From the NCBI GenBank assembly GCA_963668315.1, contig OY764216.1, forward strand, positions 512,001 through 576,000: 64,000 nt of DNA, given 5' to 3'. The notes beneath the pieces are model-generated. The model was not told where the DNA came from. It ran no database searches and saw only the letters and a list, made by a program, of their open reading frames with translations. Numbering within the stretch: position 1 is the first letter of the stretch; each line of letters begins with the position of its first letter. The DNA comes from Spirochaetia bacterium (GTDB lineage: Bacteria; Spirochaetota; Spirochaetia; DSM-2461). The position numbers were made by a program, and so were the translations under genes. This document shows positions 29,882 to 39,726 of this stretch, in pieces.

Positions 29882-30681
29882 GCCGTCATGTCACCCCGAA
29901 TCCCTGGGAAAATCTCAGGCAGTTCACAGCCGCCCGCATAGCCCTGGGACGGTGCGGCGTTTCCATGCCCACGAAGGAGCATCTCACCTTTCAGATGAGC
30001 CACGCCATGGCCCGCGACGCGGTGCACCTGCCTCTGGATATGGAAAAACTGAAGAACGATCTGACCGATATCCTGGGGATTCCGCCGGAGCAGGAACCGA
30101 TGATCCTTCACTCATCCGCATCGGATAGAAGGGAGTATCTGGTCAGACCCGATCTGGGACGCAAGTTAGCCGACGAGTCTCGCAATCGGCTTAAAGAATC
30201 AGCAATAAACACGGAATCAACCGACGTAGCCCTGATCATCGGGGACGGTCTCTCCGCCCGGGCCATGGAGGCCAATACGATCCCCTTCCTGAAGGAGTTC
30301 CTCCCCCTTCTGGACCGCGCCGGGAAAACAATTGCCCCCCTGAGCCTGGTGAGGCATTGCCGGGTTGCCTGCGGCGATGATGTGGCCTATCACCGGCACG
30401 CTAAAATGGCGGTTATCCTGATCGGGGAACGGCCGGGGCTCTCCTCTCCTGACAGCATGGGCATCTATCTGACATGGAATCCCCTGCCGGGCAGGACAAC
30501 CGATGCGGAAAGGAACTGTATATCCAATGTACGCCCGGAGGGTCTGAGCTATACCGCCGCCGCCTCCAAACTGGCCTATCTGATCTCAAAAGCCTTCAGC
30601 CGGCAGCTTACGGGGGTGGATCTGAAGGACGACCAGGAAGAACTGGCGGAGCCGGCGGCAAGGCCCGATCTGCTCGGCTGA
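29878..30681 (+). CDS. eutC: Ethanolamine ammonia-lyase small subunit
   Basis: ATGA overlap with eutB; TAARIALGR, HA.ARDAV, YL.RPDLGR, DGLS, LIGERPGL, RNCISN. Confidence 0.97.
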   Translation: MSRHVTPNPWENLRQFTAARIALGRCGVSMPTKEHLTFQMSHAMARDAVHLPLDMEKLKNDLTDILGIPPEQEPMILHSSASDRREYLVRPDLGRKLADESRNRLKESAINTESTDVALIIGDGLSARAMEANTIPFLKEFLPLLDRAGKTIAPLSLVRHCRVACGDDVAYHRHAKMAVILIGERPGLSSPDSMGIYLTWNPLPGRTTDAERNCISNVRPEGLSYTAAASKLAYLISKAFSRQLTGVDLKDDQEELAEPAARPDLLG

Positions 30682-30745
30682 TATTTTTCCGATATAGGCG
30701 ATTTTCCCCTATACGGCTTATGGCGAATGGGTATAGAGTACCTCA

Positions 30746-31678
30746 ATGAAAAATTCACCTAAAGCCTGGGCTTTTCCCGCTTTGGCCCTGGCGGTTCTCT
30801 TCTGGGGAACGGCCTTTCCGGCGGCGGCTTATCTTGTCAATCGCTTCTCTCTCTGGACGATTATGCTGATTCGTCTGATCATTGCCTCTCTGGTTTTCCT
30901 TCTCGTTCCCGGAAGACTGATGACGGCCCGCTATAAACGGGGCGACTGGCTCAAGTTGCTCATCATGACCCTGTCCATGCCCTGCCTCTATTTCCTTTTC
31001 GAAACAACCTCCCTCATGTATACCAGTTCCGTTCAGTCGGGAGTCATCGCCGGTTCGCTGCCCCTGTTCGTCACCCTGGGAGCGGCCCTGTTCCTTAAGG
31101 AAGAAGTCAGGCTGCCTCAGATAGGCGGATTGGTCCTCTCCATGGGGGGAGTCGTTCTGCTGACCCTCTTCAACGGAGGCAACACGCAGGCCGGACCCAA
31201 CCCCCTGCTGGGCAACAGTCTGGAACTGCTGGCCATGGTCTGCGCTGCGGCAAATCTGCTGATACAGAAAGACCTGTACATCCGTTACAGCCCGGCTTTT
31301 CTCACCAGACTGCAGAGCTGGGGGGGCATTATCTTTTTCCTGCCCGGCCTCGCCCGCATCGGCGATCTGAGCCTTAAAAGCGCGGGGCTTACCGATTGGG
31401 CCGTCCTTATCTATCTGGGCGCGGCCTGCTCTTTCGGAGCCTACTTTCTCTACAACGGCGCTCAATCGACAATTAAAGCCTCTTCCGCTTCGGTGTCCAT
31501 GAACCTGATTCCCGTAGTGGCCCTTGTCTTCGGGAGGATCTTTTTAGGGGAAACACTGAACACGGCCCAGCTCATATCGGCGCTGGCCGTTCTCGGCGGA
31601 GTTTTTCTGAGCCAGATTAACTTTCCGGGACTCGGGAAAAAAAAGGAACAGCCGGAAAAACTGCAAAACCGGGCATAA
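30746..31678 (+). CDS. DMT/EamA family transporter
   Basis: 10-TM pattern; LFWG..F, LFLKE, NLIPV...FLGE. Confidence 0.9.
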   Translation: MKNSPKAWAFPALALAVLFWGTAFPAAAYLVNRFSLWTIMLIRLIIASLVFLLVPGRLMTARYKRGDWLKLLIMTLSMPCLYFLFETTSLMYTSSVQSGVIAGSLPLFVTLGAALFLKEEVRLPQIGGLVLSMGGVVLLTLFNGGNTQAGPNPLLGNSLELLAMVCAAANLLIQKDLYIRYSPAFLTRLQSWGGIIFFLPGLARIGDLSLKSAGLTDWAVLIYLGAACSFGAYFLYNGAQSTIKASSASVSMNLIPVVALVFGRIFLGETLNTAQLISALAVLGGVFLSQINFPGLGKKKEQPEKLQNRA

Positions 31679-31746
31679 ATGCCGTGTAAAATTGAAAATG
31701 CGAAAGAGGATGTTGTATAGTATATATAAGTAAAGGCGGTAATCCG

Positions 31747-32148
31747 ATGGCCTACGATATACTGTGGAAGATACATGGTATTCTCATGTCATCCTCTTTT
31801 CTTGTCATGTCAGCGGGCATTACCATATCACTTATACGCAACAATAGGGTCAAACGCTACAAAGCTCACCGGGGACTGGAGTGGTACTCCATCACCTCCG
31901 GCATGATAGCCATGGCGACAGCCATTATAATGGTACAGATATCCGGCGGACACCACTTGAAAGGCGTCCACGGATACCTGGGGCTTCTCTCCTTTTTCCT
32001 CTTCCTTTTCACGCCGATCTTCCTGATTACCAGAAAGAGACACAGAAAGAAACCCATGAAAAACCTTCATGTCACCTTGGGATTTCTGGCTCTCCTCTCC
32101 ATGGGAATCGCGCTCTATTCGGGCATGATTATGAAGGGGATTCTCTAG
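31747..32148 (+). CDS. Cytochrome b561-like 4-TM membrane protein
   Basis: HGILM in TM1 plus conserved-position His in TM2 (AHR), TM3 (VHG.LG) and TM4 (LH..LG). Confidence 0.7.
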   Translation: MAYDILWKIHGILMSSSFLVMSAGITISLIRNNRVKRYKAHRGLEWYSITSGMIAMATAIIMVQISGGHHLKGVHGYLGLLSFFLFLFTPIFLITRKRHRKKPMKNLHVTLGFLALLSMGIALYSGMIMKGIL

Positions 32149-32157
32149 GCAGGGAGA

Positions 32158-33144
32158 TTAACCGCAGACCTTTTTTATCACCCTCAGCCAGTTGCCCCCC
32201 ATGACCTGGGCCGTATCCTCATCGCTCCAACCGCTCTCAAGCAGATGATCGGCGATTTTGGGGAGTTCCACCGCCGATTCCATGCACACGCCGTAGGGCG
32301 CGGTGAAGCCGTCAAAGTCCGATCCCAGTCCCACATGATTCGGACCGACGACGGAGAGCATATGATCAAGGTGTTCCATCAGCCTTTCGAAAGTCACCCT
32401 TTTGGGATCGCCGTCCACGAAGACTCCGGGAAACATCAGTCCCACAAGCCCGCCGGTCCCGGCGATTTTCTCCAGCTGGGCATCGGTCAGATTCCGGGAC
32501 CGTCCGTGAACCGTACGGGAATTGGAATGGCTCGCGACCAGGGGGAGTTCCGTCCTTTCAAGGGCGTCGGCCAGACTCTCGTCCGACATGTGGGACACAT
32601 CCACAATCATGCCCAGCCGGCCCATTTCGTCGATAGCTCCTTTCCCGTATTCGGTCAGCCCCGTGGAACCCGGGGTGTCAAGACCGCGGCCGAAGGGGTT
32701 AATCCGATTATAGGTCAGCCCGGCCATGCGGACTCCGCGGTCGTAGAAATACCCGATCCTCTCATAGGATTTCCCTTCGGGATCGGCTATGGCCTCTCCC
32801 CCCTCGATGGATTTGAACAGGGCGATTTTACCCTCTTCCTTCGCTCTCTCTATATCCCCGGCGGTCAGCGCAGGAATCAGATCTGAATGGGAGGCGCACA
32901 GCTCATCTATTTTCCGGGAGTATTCACAGGTCTTTTCAAAAGCCCTGTCGACCAGCTCATCACGGACATACATGGCCATCGTCTGACAGGTCACGCCCCC
33001 CTTCCTCAGTTTTTCCAGGTCCACATGGCCCCATCCCTCATCTCTGGTGAAGTCCCGGCTCGGACTACCCTTGCGGGTAAAACTCTCACCCACCAGGTCC
33101 AGAACCGTGTCGCAGTGACCGTCTATTATCAAATAATCTCTCAT
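32158..33144 (-). CDS. Membrane dipeptidase family M19 (renal-dipeptidase-like)
   Basis: DGHCD, IEG, DVSH, SHSN, HVGLGSDFDG, GGNWLRV. Confidence 0.95.
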   Translation of the reverse strand: MRDYLIIDGHCDTVLDLVGESFTRKGSPSRDFTRDEGWGHVDLEKLRKGGVTCQTMAMYVRDELVDRAFEKTCEYSRKIDELCASHSDLIPALTAGDIERAKEEGKIALFKSIEGGEAIADPEGKSYERIGYFYDRGVRMAGLTYNRINPFGRGLDTPGSTGLTEYGKGAIDEMGRLGMIVDVSHMSDESLADALERTELPLVASHSNSRTVHGRSRNLTDAQLEKIAGTGGLVGLMFPGVFVDGDPKRVTFERLMEHLDHMLSVVGPNHVGLGSDFDGFTAPYGVCMESAVELPKIADHLLESGWSDEDTAQVMGGNWLRVIKKVCG

Positions 33145-34340
33145 AATTCCTCTTTTAGTTCATCCAGGGCTGTCAGACTGATTCCCAGCTGCATCGCTAT
33201 TCCTATGGAAAGGCACTTTTCATTTAACACGAAACGGGATGAGTGAAGCGGCTCGAAGTCCCCTCCCCCGTCGGGCCCGCATCCCAGATGATAGAAACAG
33301 CCCGGCCGTTCCAGCAGAAAGAAGGAAAAATCCTCCACTCCCAGGCTGGGCTTTTCCTTCCAGTTTATGTTCTCCTTGCCCAGAAGGGCCTCTCCCACCC
33401 GAACGGTGAGATCCACGCTCTTCTCTTCATTAATCAGGGCGACGTAGCCGTAGCGGTATTCCACGATTCCCTCTCCCCCGTGAGCCCGGGCGGTATTCTC
33501 CACGAGAGACCTGATACGCTCCAGAATACGGTCGCGCTGACCGTTATCCGTGGTGCGGATCGTTCCCTTCATTCTCACCTCGTCGGCGATAATGTTCCCG
33601 GCCTGGCCTCCCTGAATGGTACCGATGCTGACAACGGCCGAGTCCAGGGGGGAGACGGTACGGCTGACAATACTCTGCAGGGCGGTAATGACATGTCCGG
33701 CGATCATTATGGCGTCGGTACCCGATTCGGGATAAGCCCCGTGGCCCCCTTTTCCCTTCACTTTGATCTCGATCGTAGTGCTGGAACCGTTCAGGGCGCC
33801 CTTCTTCAGCTCGATCTGCCCCGGAGGCATATAGGGCATGACATGAAGGCCGAAGACCCGATCGACCCGGGGATTCTCCAGAACCCCCTGCCTGACCATA
33901 GGCTCCGCGCCTCCGTCGGCTTCCTCGGCCGGCTGAAAAAGCAGCTTCACCGAACCGGCGAAACGGTCGCGGTGAAGGGAAAGCCAGCGGGCCGTGCCCA
34001 GCAGGATGGCCGTATGGCCGTCATGGCCGCAGGCATGCATCTTCCCCGGTTCCCCTGAGCGGAAGGACAGACCGGTCTCCTCCTCGAGGGGGAGGGCATC
34101 GATATCGGCACGGAGTCCCACGCAGCCGCCCGGCGCGTCTCCTTCGACTAGCCCCACCACGGCGGTATCGTGACGCTGCCAGGAGATACCCCACTCGTCC
34201 AGCTTTTTCGTGATAAGCGAAGCGGTTGTCTCCTCTTCCCATCCCAGCTCGGGGCAGCGGTGGAGCTGTCTCCTCAAATCTATGATTTCTTCAAGAAAGG
34301 GGGCAATCTCCCCCTTCAGAAGGGTCAAATCTCTTTCCAT
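33141..34340 (-). CDS. M20 family amidohydrolase
   Basis: LH..PELG, RADIDALP, MHACGHDGH, FQPAEE, EDF, LHS. Confidence 0.95.
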   Translation of the reverse strand: MERDLTLLKGEIAPFLEEIIDLRRQLHRCPELGWEEETTASLITKKLDEWGISWQRHDTAVVGLVEGDAPGGCVGLRADIDALPLEEETGLSFRSGEPGKMHACGHDGHTAILLGTARWLSLHRDRFAGSVKLLFQPAEEADGGAEPMVRQGVLENPRVDRVFGLHVMPYMPPGQIELKKGALNGSSTTIEIKVKGKGGHGAYPESGTDAIMIAGHVITALQSIVSRTVSPLDSAVVSIGTIQGGQAGNIIADEVRMKGTIRTTDNGQRDRILERIRSLVENTARAHGGEGIVEYRYGYVALINEEKSVDLTVRVGEALLGKENINWKEKPSLGVEDFSFFLLERPGCFYHLGCGPDGGGDFEPLHSSRFVLNEKCLSIGIAMQLGISLTALDELKEEL

Positions 34341-34348
34341 ACTATCCT

Positions 34349-35518
34349 TTATATCTCCCGGAAGGAGGGTTCATCAAGATAGGCCAGCTCGGAAACGGCC
34401 TTTCCCTTCTTCCAATAGCGCCGGAGGACGCGTCTTCCCAGCCGGGCCAGCACTTCGTTCCTGTTGGTCGAAGCTCCTTCGGCCAGTTCCAGAATTCCTA
34501 TGGTATCCCCCAGAAGCTCCACTTCGTCTCCCCGCTTCACCGATGGTACGGCCGAAGCGTCCACCACCATCTGGTCCATACATATTAAACCGATTACAGG
34601 ACAGATAACACCCCCGATGCAGACCTTTCCCTTCTGAGAAAGGGATCGGGGATAGCCGTCACTGTAACCCACCGGAACGGTGGCCGCCAGGGCGCCTCCC
34701 GCCGGAGCCCGCCAGGAGTAGTCATAACTGACACCCTCGCCCTCCTCAAGGCGGGTCACATGAATGATACGGGAAGTCCACCGGGCGGGAAACTCCAGGG
34801 GCATATCGTCGGCCAGGGGCGCCCGGAAGGGCTTCATTCCGTAGAGAATCGCCCCGGGGCGGACCATATCCAGATGATACTGGGGATAGCGGACTGTTCC
34901 GATACTGTCGCAGATATGTTTTATCCCCGTAGAGATACCCCTTTGCTCCAGTTTGTTGCAGAACTGGGTAAAACGGTGGAACTGCCTGGCGTCCTCGACC
35001 CCGTCAGCCAGAGCCAGATGGCTGAAGGTTCCCTGAATGGACAGATGGGGAAGGCGGCTTATGCTCTCATAAATCTCCAGCGATTCGGGCTCGGAAGCTT
35101 TCAGCCCCAGGCGGGAAAAGCCCGTATCGATCTTGATATGCACCCGGGCCGTCAGATCTCTTTCCACGGCGAGGCGGGACAGCAGGTCGGCCTGGGCAAA
35201 ACTGTCCAGGGTAACGACAAAGCCTTCTTCGAGGGCGACTTCCAGCTCCCCGTCGGCACAGAGTCCCATGATAAATAGGGGGACCGGACTTTCGCCGCCC
35301 AGGGATCTTTTAATCTCCCGGGCTTCCTGGCATCTCGCCACTCCTATGACATCGGCGCCCCCTGAGATCATGGCCCCGGCGACACCGGGGACTCCCAGTC
35401 CGTAGGCATCGGATTTCATCACGGCGCACACCTTCGTGTTCCCGCCCAGAAAATCCTTTATCAGACGGAGATTTTTCTCAATACTGTCGAGGGATACATC
35501 CAACACGCTGGAATACAT
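34349..35518 (-). CDS. alr: Alanine racemase family PLP enzyme
   Basis: VMKSDAYG (PLP Lys), HIKIDTG..RLG, VRPG..LYG, VSY (catalytic Tyr), GYSDG, CMDQ. Confidence 0.92.
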   Translation of the reverse strand: MYSSVLDVSLDSIEKNLRLIKDFLGGNTKVCAVMKSDAYGLGVPGVAGAMISGGADVIGVARCQEAREIKRSLGGESPVPLFIMGLCADGELEVALEEGFVVTLDSFAQADLLSRLAVERDLTARVHIKIDTGFSRLGLKASEPESLEIYESISRLPHLSIQGTFSHLALADGVEDARQFHRFTQFCNKLEQRGISTGIKHICDSIGTVRYPQYHLDMVRPGAILYGMKPFRAPLADDMPLEFPARWTSRIIHVTRLEEGEGVSYDYSWRAPAGGALAATVPVGYSDGYPRSLSQKGKVCIGGVICPVIGLICMDQMVVDASAVPSVKRGDEVELLGDTIGILELAEGASTNRNEVLARLGRRVLRRYWKKGKAVSELAYLDEPSFREI

Positions 35519-35541
35519 TTTTCCTTCCTTTTTTCTACATA

Positions 35542-35663
35542 ATTGTAAATACTTATAATATTACAATATTAACCCTACATTCCTGTATATTTATTTGAAT
35601 AACAGCAAAAAAAACCTGTATTTATTCACATTACGTACTTTCATAAATACAAGACTTATGAAA
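35542..35663. promoter_or_regulatory. AT-rich divergent promoter region with three inverted repeats (candidate operators)
   Basis: ATTGTAA/TTACAAT (35542-35567), TGAATAA/TTATTCA (35596-35628), TTTCATAA/TTATGAAA (35639-35663). Confidence 0.4.
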
Positions 35664-35825
35664 TATTAATAATACCCTATCACACAACAAAGGGAGAGTG
35701 AAGAATGAACGAACCGATTCCATCATTTCTGATCCTTATGAAATCTGCTGCTTTACCCGCAGCGGACGGATTAGCGACCGCCGCACCTCAAGAATATAAA
35801 ACTTTACCTCTTACAAGTATACACC

Positions 35826-36797
35826 ATGAGTCTTAAGTATCTGCTGAATCGAATCGGTTATACGGTTGTCATGTTCATTTTCATCATAGCCGTCAATTTC
35901 TTTATCTTCCGGCTTATGCCGGGTAATCCCCTGGCCCAGCAGGCAAAGGAATCTTACGGCAGCGAAGAGACTCTTAAGAAACTGGAAGCTCTCTATGGTC
36001 TGGACAAGCCTATGTATAGTCAGTTTCTTAATTACGCAAAGGATATGCTTACCCTGAATTTCGGGCGGTCCTATCACTATAAAAAACCTGTCAAAGACAT
36101 CTTGGGCCCCAGGATTCTCAACTCCCTCAAGCTGGCGGTCATCGCCGTACCGCTCGGAATATTCGGCGGAATTGCCGGGGGTATCTGGACGGCGTCCAGA
36201 CGGGGGAAAAAAGAGGATATCGGATTTACGACGCTGACGATGTTCATCTATGCCATTCCCAGCTTCTGGCTCGGCATGATCCTCCTGTTTATTTTCGGGA
36301 AGCAGCTGGGCTGGGTTCCTTTCGCGGGAATACAGAGCCCGGGGATTACATACCATAGCTTTATAGAAGAATTTTCCGATTTATTCGTCCATATTATCAC
36401 TCCGATCATAACCTATTCCCTGGCGATATACGGCAGCTACCTCCTGATTATGAGGGGCAGCATGATCGATGTTTATACCGAAGATTACATTCTCACAGCC
36501 CGGGCAAAGGGGCTTTCCAAAAAACAGGTGACGAGAAGGCACGCCGTTCCCAACGCCATGCTTCCCATAGTGACCATCGTCGTCATAGCCCTCGCGACAC
36601 TGTTCGCCGGAGCTTTCTCGATAGAGATCCTGTTCTCCTGGCCCGGGATGGGGCGGCTGATGGTGGACTCGGTAAACCGGCAGGATTATCCCGTGATGCA
36701 GGCCATCAACTTCGTCATTGCCGCGGCGACGGTCATAGCCAATCTTCTGGTGGACATTCTTTATCAATACATCGATCCGAGGGTCAGGTACGAATAA
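35826..36797 (+). CDS. Peptide ABC transporter permease (DppB/OppB)
   Basis: MPGNP, YGLDKP, P.FWLG, DYILTARAKGL...HAVPNA, FSWPGMG...QDYP. Confidence 0.95.
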   Translation: MSLKYLLNRIGYTVVMFIFIIAVNFFIFRLMPGNPLAQQAKESYGSEETLKKLEALYGLDKPMYSQFLNYAKDMLTLNFGRSYHYKKPVKDILGPRILNSLKLAVIAVPLGIFGGIAGGIWTASRRGKKEDIGFTTLTMFIYAIPSFWLGMILLFIFGKQLGWVPFAGIQSPGITYHSFIEEFSDLFVHIITPIITYSLAIYGSYLLIMRGSMIDVYTEDYILTARAKGLSKKQVTRRHAVPNAMLPIVTIVVIALATLFAGAFSIEILFSWPGMGRLMVDSVNRQDYPVMQAINFVIAAATVIANLLVDILYQYIDPRVRYE

Positions 36798-37690
36798 TGG
36801 AAAAAATAGCAGATATCAAGAAAAGGGAGCGGGAAATCAGGAGGATGAAAAGGGAGAACAACATCCGTTTATTCCTTTCGAACAAAAGGGCCGTCTTCGG
36901 CCTGCTGCTCTTCCTGATTTTCCTCATCATGGCTGTTTTCGCGCCGGTGTTCTATCATTATAATCACAGTGAATATTTTCTGGGCCCCCGGGTGGGAGCC
37001 CCCGAGGAAGGATTCGCCTTCGGTTTTGATGAAATGGGCCGCGATGTATTCGGAGCCGTTCTCTACGGAACCCGAGCCTCGATAGCCATCGGTATTCTGG
37101 TTACCCTGATCATTGTTATTATAGGTGCCACGGTGGGAATTCTCTCCGGATACTACGGGGGGATTCTCGATGTCATCCTCATGAGAATAACCGAAGGATT
37201 CATGCTGCTTCCGAGCCTTCCGCTCATGCTTATCCTGGCCGCCATTCTGGGAGGGAAATTCTCAAATATCATCATCATCCTCGGCATCACGGGATGGACA
37301 AGCACGGCCAGACTGGTCAGATCTCAGACGCTGACCATAAAACAGAGGGCCTATGTGGAACGGGCGAAAGCCATCGGGGCCTCCGATTTCTACATCATGT
37401 ACAAACACATCCTGCCCAACATCTTCACGCTGATTTTTTCCAACATGATTCTTCTGGTTCAGGGAGCCATCATCACCGAATCGACCCTGGCCTTCCTGGG
37501 AATCGGCGACCCCAGCATCCCCACCTGGGGCCAGCTGCTCAGAAGCGCCCGTATTGAAGGGGCCATTTCCATCGGAGCCTGGTGGCTGTATATTCCCGCA
37601 GGAACATGCCTTGTCCTTCTCGGGACATCCTTTGTTTTCATGGGATACGGCTTTGATGAGATTCTCAATCCAAAACTGAGGAAAAGATAG
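36797..37690 (+). CDS. Peptide ABC transporter permease (DppC/OppC)
   Basis: G.D.MGRD, ARLVRSQ, HILPN, LAFLG.G.P..P.WG. Confidence 0.95.
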   Translation: MEKIADIKKREREIRRMKRENNIRLFLSNKRAVFGLLLFLIFLIMAVFAPVFYHYNHSEYFLGPRVGAPEEGFAFGFDEMGRDVFGAVLYGTRASIAIGILVTLIIVIIGATVGILSGYYGGILDVILMRITEGFMLLPSLPLMLILAAILGGKFSNIIIILGITGWTSTARLVRSQTLTIKQRAYVERAKAIGASDFYIMYKHILPNIFTLIFSNMILLVQGAIITESTLAFLGIGDPSIPTWGQLLRSARIEGAISIGAWWLYIPAGTCLVLLGTSFVFMGYGFDEILNPKLRKR

Positions 37691-37694
37691 ATAC

Positions 37695-38678
37695 ATGTCG
37701 GATAAACTAAAACAGATACTCAGCGTAAAAAATCTGAAAACCTATTTCACAATCAAAGCCGGAGAAGTCAAAGCCGTTGATGATGTCTCCTTTGACCTTG
37801 AGGAAGGAGGCTCCATCGGACTGGTCGGAGAAAGCGGCTGCGGAAAAACCACCACGGCCCTTTCCGTTATCAAACTGCTTCCCGAGGAAGGCCGCATCGC
37901 CGGGGGAGATATTATCTATAAAGGGGAAAACCTGGCTCCCAAGGACGAGGAGGACATTAATCACATCCGCTGGAAAGAGATCTCCATGATTTTCCAGGGT
38001 GCCATGAACGCGCTCAACCCGGTAAAAAAAATCAGCGAGCAGATAATGGAGCCCATACTTCTCCATGAAGATGTGACCAGGGAGGAAGCCCGAAAAAGAA
38101 CAATGGAGCTTTTCGAGCTGGTCGAACTTGATAAAAATCTCATTGATTCCTACCCCCATGAATTCTCCGGGGGCATGAGGCAGAGAGCCGTCATCGCCAT
38201 GGCCCTTGCCAATAATCCCAGCCTGATCATCGCCGACGAACCTACCACCGCTCTGGATGTAATGGTCCAGGCGCAGATAATCGATCTGATCAACTCGCTG
38301 AGAAAAAAACTTAACATGAGCCTTATCATGATCACCCATGACCTTTCCATCATCGCCGAAACCTGCGATGAGATTGCCGTGATGTATGCCGGGAAAATCG
38401 TGGAGAAAGGCAAAACCGAAGAGATTATCAAAACGTTCTATCATCCCTATACGGACAAGCTGCTTCATGCCTTTCCCAACATCTACAAGGAACGGATCAT
38501 GGTTGATTCCATTCCCGGCGATCCGCCGCTCCTGTTCAATCCGCCTAAAGGCTGCCGGTTCGCCGAACGCTGCCACTGCAAAATCGGCAAAATATGCGAT
38601 GAGAAAGATCCGCCCCTAATTGATATCACCGGAGAGGGCCATTTCGTGGCCTGCCATGCAAGGGGGGTACGGAATTGA
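37695..38678 (+). CDS. Peptide ABC transporter ATP-binding protein (DppD/OppD)
   Basis: GESGCGKT, FSGGMRQR, IADEPTTALD, HPY, Cys-rich C-terminus. Confidence 0.96.
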   Translation: MSDKLKQILSVKNLKTYFTIKAGEVKAVDDVSFDLEEGGSIGLVGESGCGKTTTALSVIKLLPEEGRIAGGDIIYKGENLAPKDEEDINHIRWKEISMIFQGAMNALNPVKKISEQIMEPILLHEDVTREEARKRTMELFELVELDKNLIDSYPHEFSGGMRQRAVIAMALANNPSLIIADEPTTALDVMVQAQIIDLINSLRKKLNMSLIMITHDLSIIAETCDEIAVMYAGKIVEKGKTEEIIKTFYHPYTDKLLHAFPNIYKERIMVDSIPGDPPLLFNPPKGCRFAERCHCKIGKICDEKDPPLIDITGEGHFVACHARGVRN

Positions 38679-39673
38679 GCAAACCCATAATTCAGGCAAA
38701 TAATCTTTCCGTCGACTTCAAAGTCAGGCAGGGTTTCGTGGACGAGGTTATCAAAAGAAAAACGAAGACCGTTAAAGCCGTTGATAATATAAACATTACC
38801 GTAAATGAAGGGGAAATCGTATCCCTGGTTGGAGAATCGGGCAGCGGAAAAACGACGACGGGCCGGGCGCTGCTCCAGCTCCTACAGAATGAAACTTCGG
38901 GAGAGGTCCTTTACAAAGGGCTGGAAATAAACCCGAAGGACAGATTTTTCATGAAGAGCTTCCGAAAGGATGCCCAAATGATTTTTCAGGATCCCTATCA
39001 GTCCCTAAACCCCAAGTTCACCGTCTTCGAGATTGTTACCGAACCGCTCCTGCTGACCCATCGTTCGGCCAATCTGGCGGAGAAGGAAAAACTGGCCCTC
39101 GAAGCCCTGGAATTCGCCGGACTCCGTCCCGCGGAAGAGTACCTCTACCGTTATCCCCATGAACTGAGCGGGGGTCAAAGGCAGAGGGTGTCCATAGCAA
39201 CCTGCTTTATCATGAAGCTCAAGTTCATCGTAGCCGACGAGCCGGTATCCATGCTGGACGCTTCGGTCAGAGCCGATATCCTCAAGCTCTTTGTCGCCAT
39301 GAAGGAAAGGGACAATACCTCCTTTATCTTCATTACCCACGACCTGGCCCTTGCCTGGCTGATCTCGGACAAAGTGGCTATCATGTACCTTGGTAAAATC
39401 GTGGAAATGGGTCCGGCCGATATGATTTCCGGAGGCTGCATCCATCCCTACGCCCAGGCCCTCACAAGCGTTCTGGCCATGGTCGGTGAGGAACGGAAAA
39501 GGAAACGAATTGTCCTGGAAGGAGAAACTCCTTCACCTACCAATATTCCCCGGGGGTGCCGGTTTCATACTCGATGCCCCATCGCAACGGATAAATGCCG
39601 GGAGAGTGAGCCGGAGCTGAAAGAAGTCGATCCGGGACATTTCGTGGCGTGCCACTATAACAAAGTGATCTAG
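38675..39673 (+). CDS. Peptide ABC transporter ATP-binding protein (DppF/OppF)
   Basis: GESGSGKT, LSGGQRQR, VADEPVSMLD, GCRFHTRC...VACH. Confidence 0.96.
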   Translation: MSKPIIQANNLSVDFKVRQGFVDEVIKRKTKTVKAVDNINITVNEGEIVSLVGESGSGKTTTGRALLQLLQNETSGEVLYKGLEINPKDRFFMKSFRKDAQMIFQDPYQSLNPKFTVFEIVTEPLLLTHRSANLAEKEKLALEALEFAGLRPAEEYLYRYPHELSGGQRQRVSIATCFIMKLKFIVADEPVSMLDASVRADILKLFVAMKERDNTSFIFITHDLALAWLISDKVAIMYLGKIVEMGPADMISGGCIHPYAQALTSVLAMVGEERKRKRIVLEGETPSPTNIPRGCRFHTRCPIATDKCRESEPELKEVDPGHFVACHYNKVI

Positions 39674-39726
39674 AAGGGACCAGGGCCATCCCGATTCCTT
39701 TATAGAATATTTTCAAGGAGAGAAAT

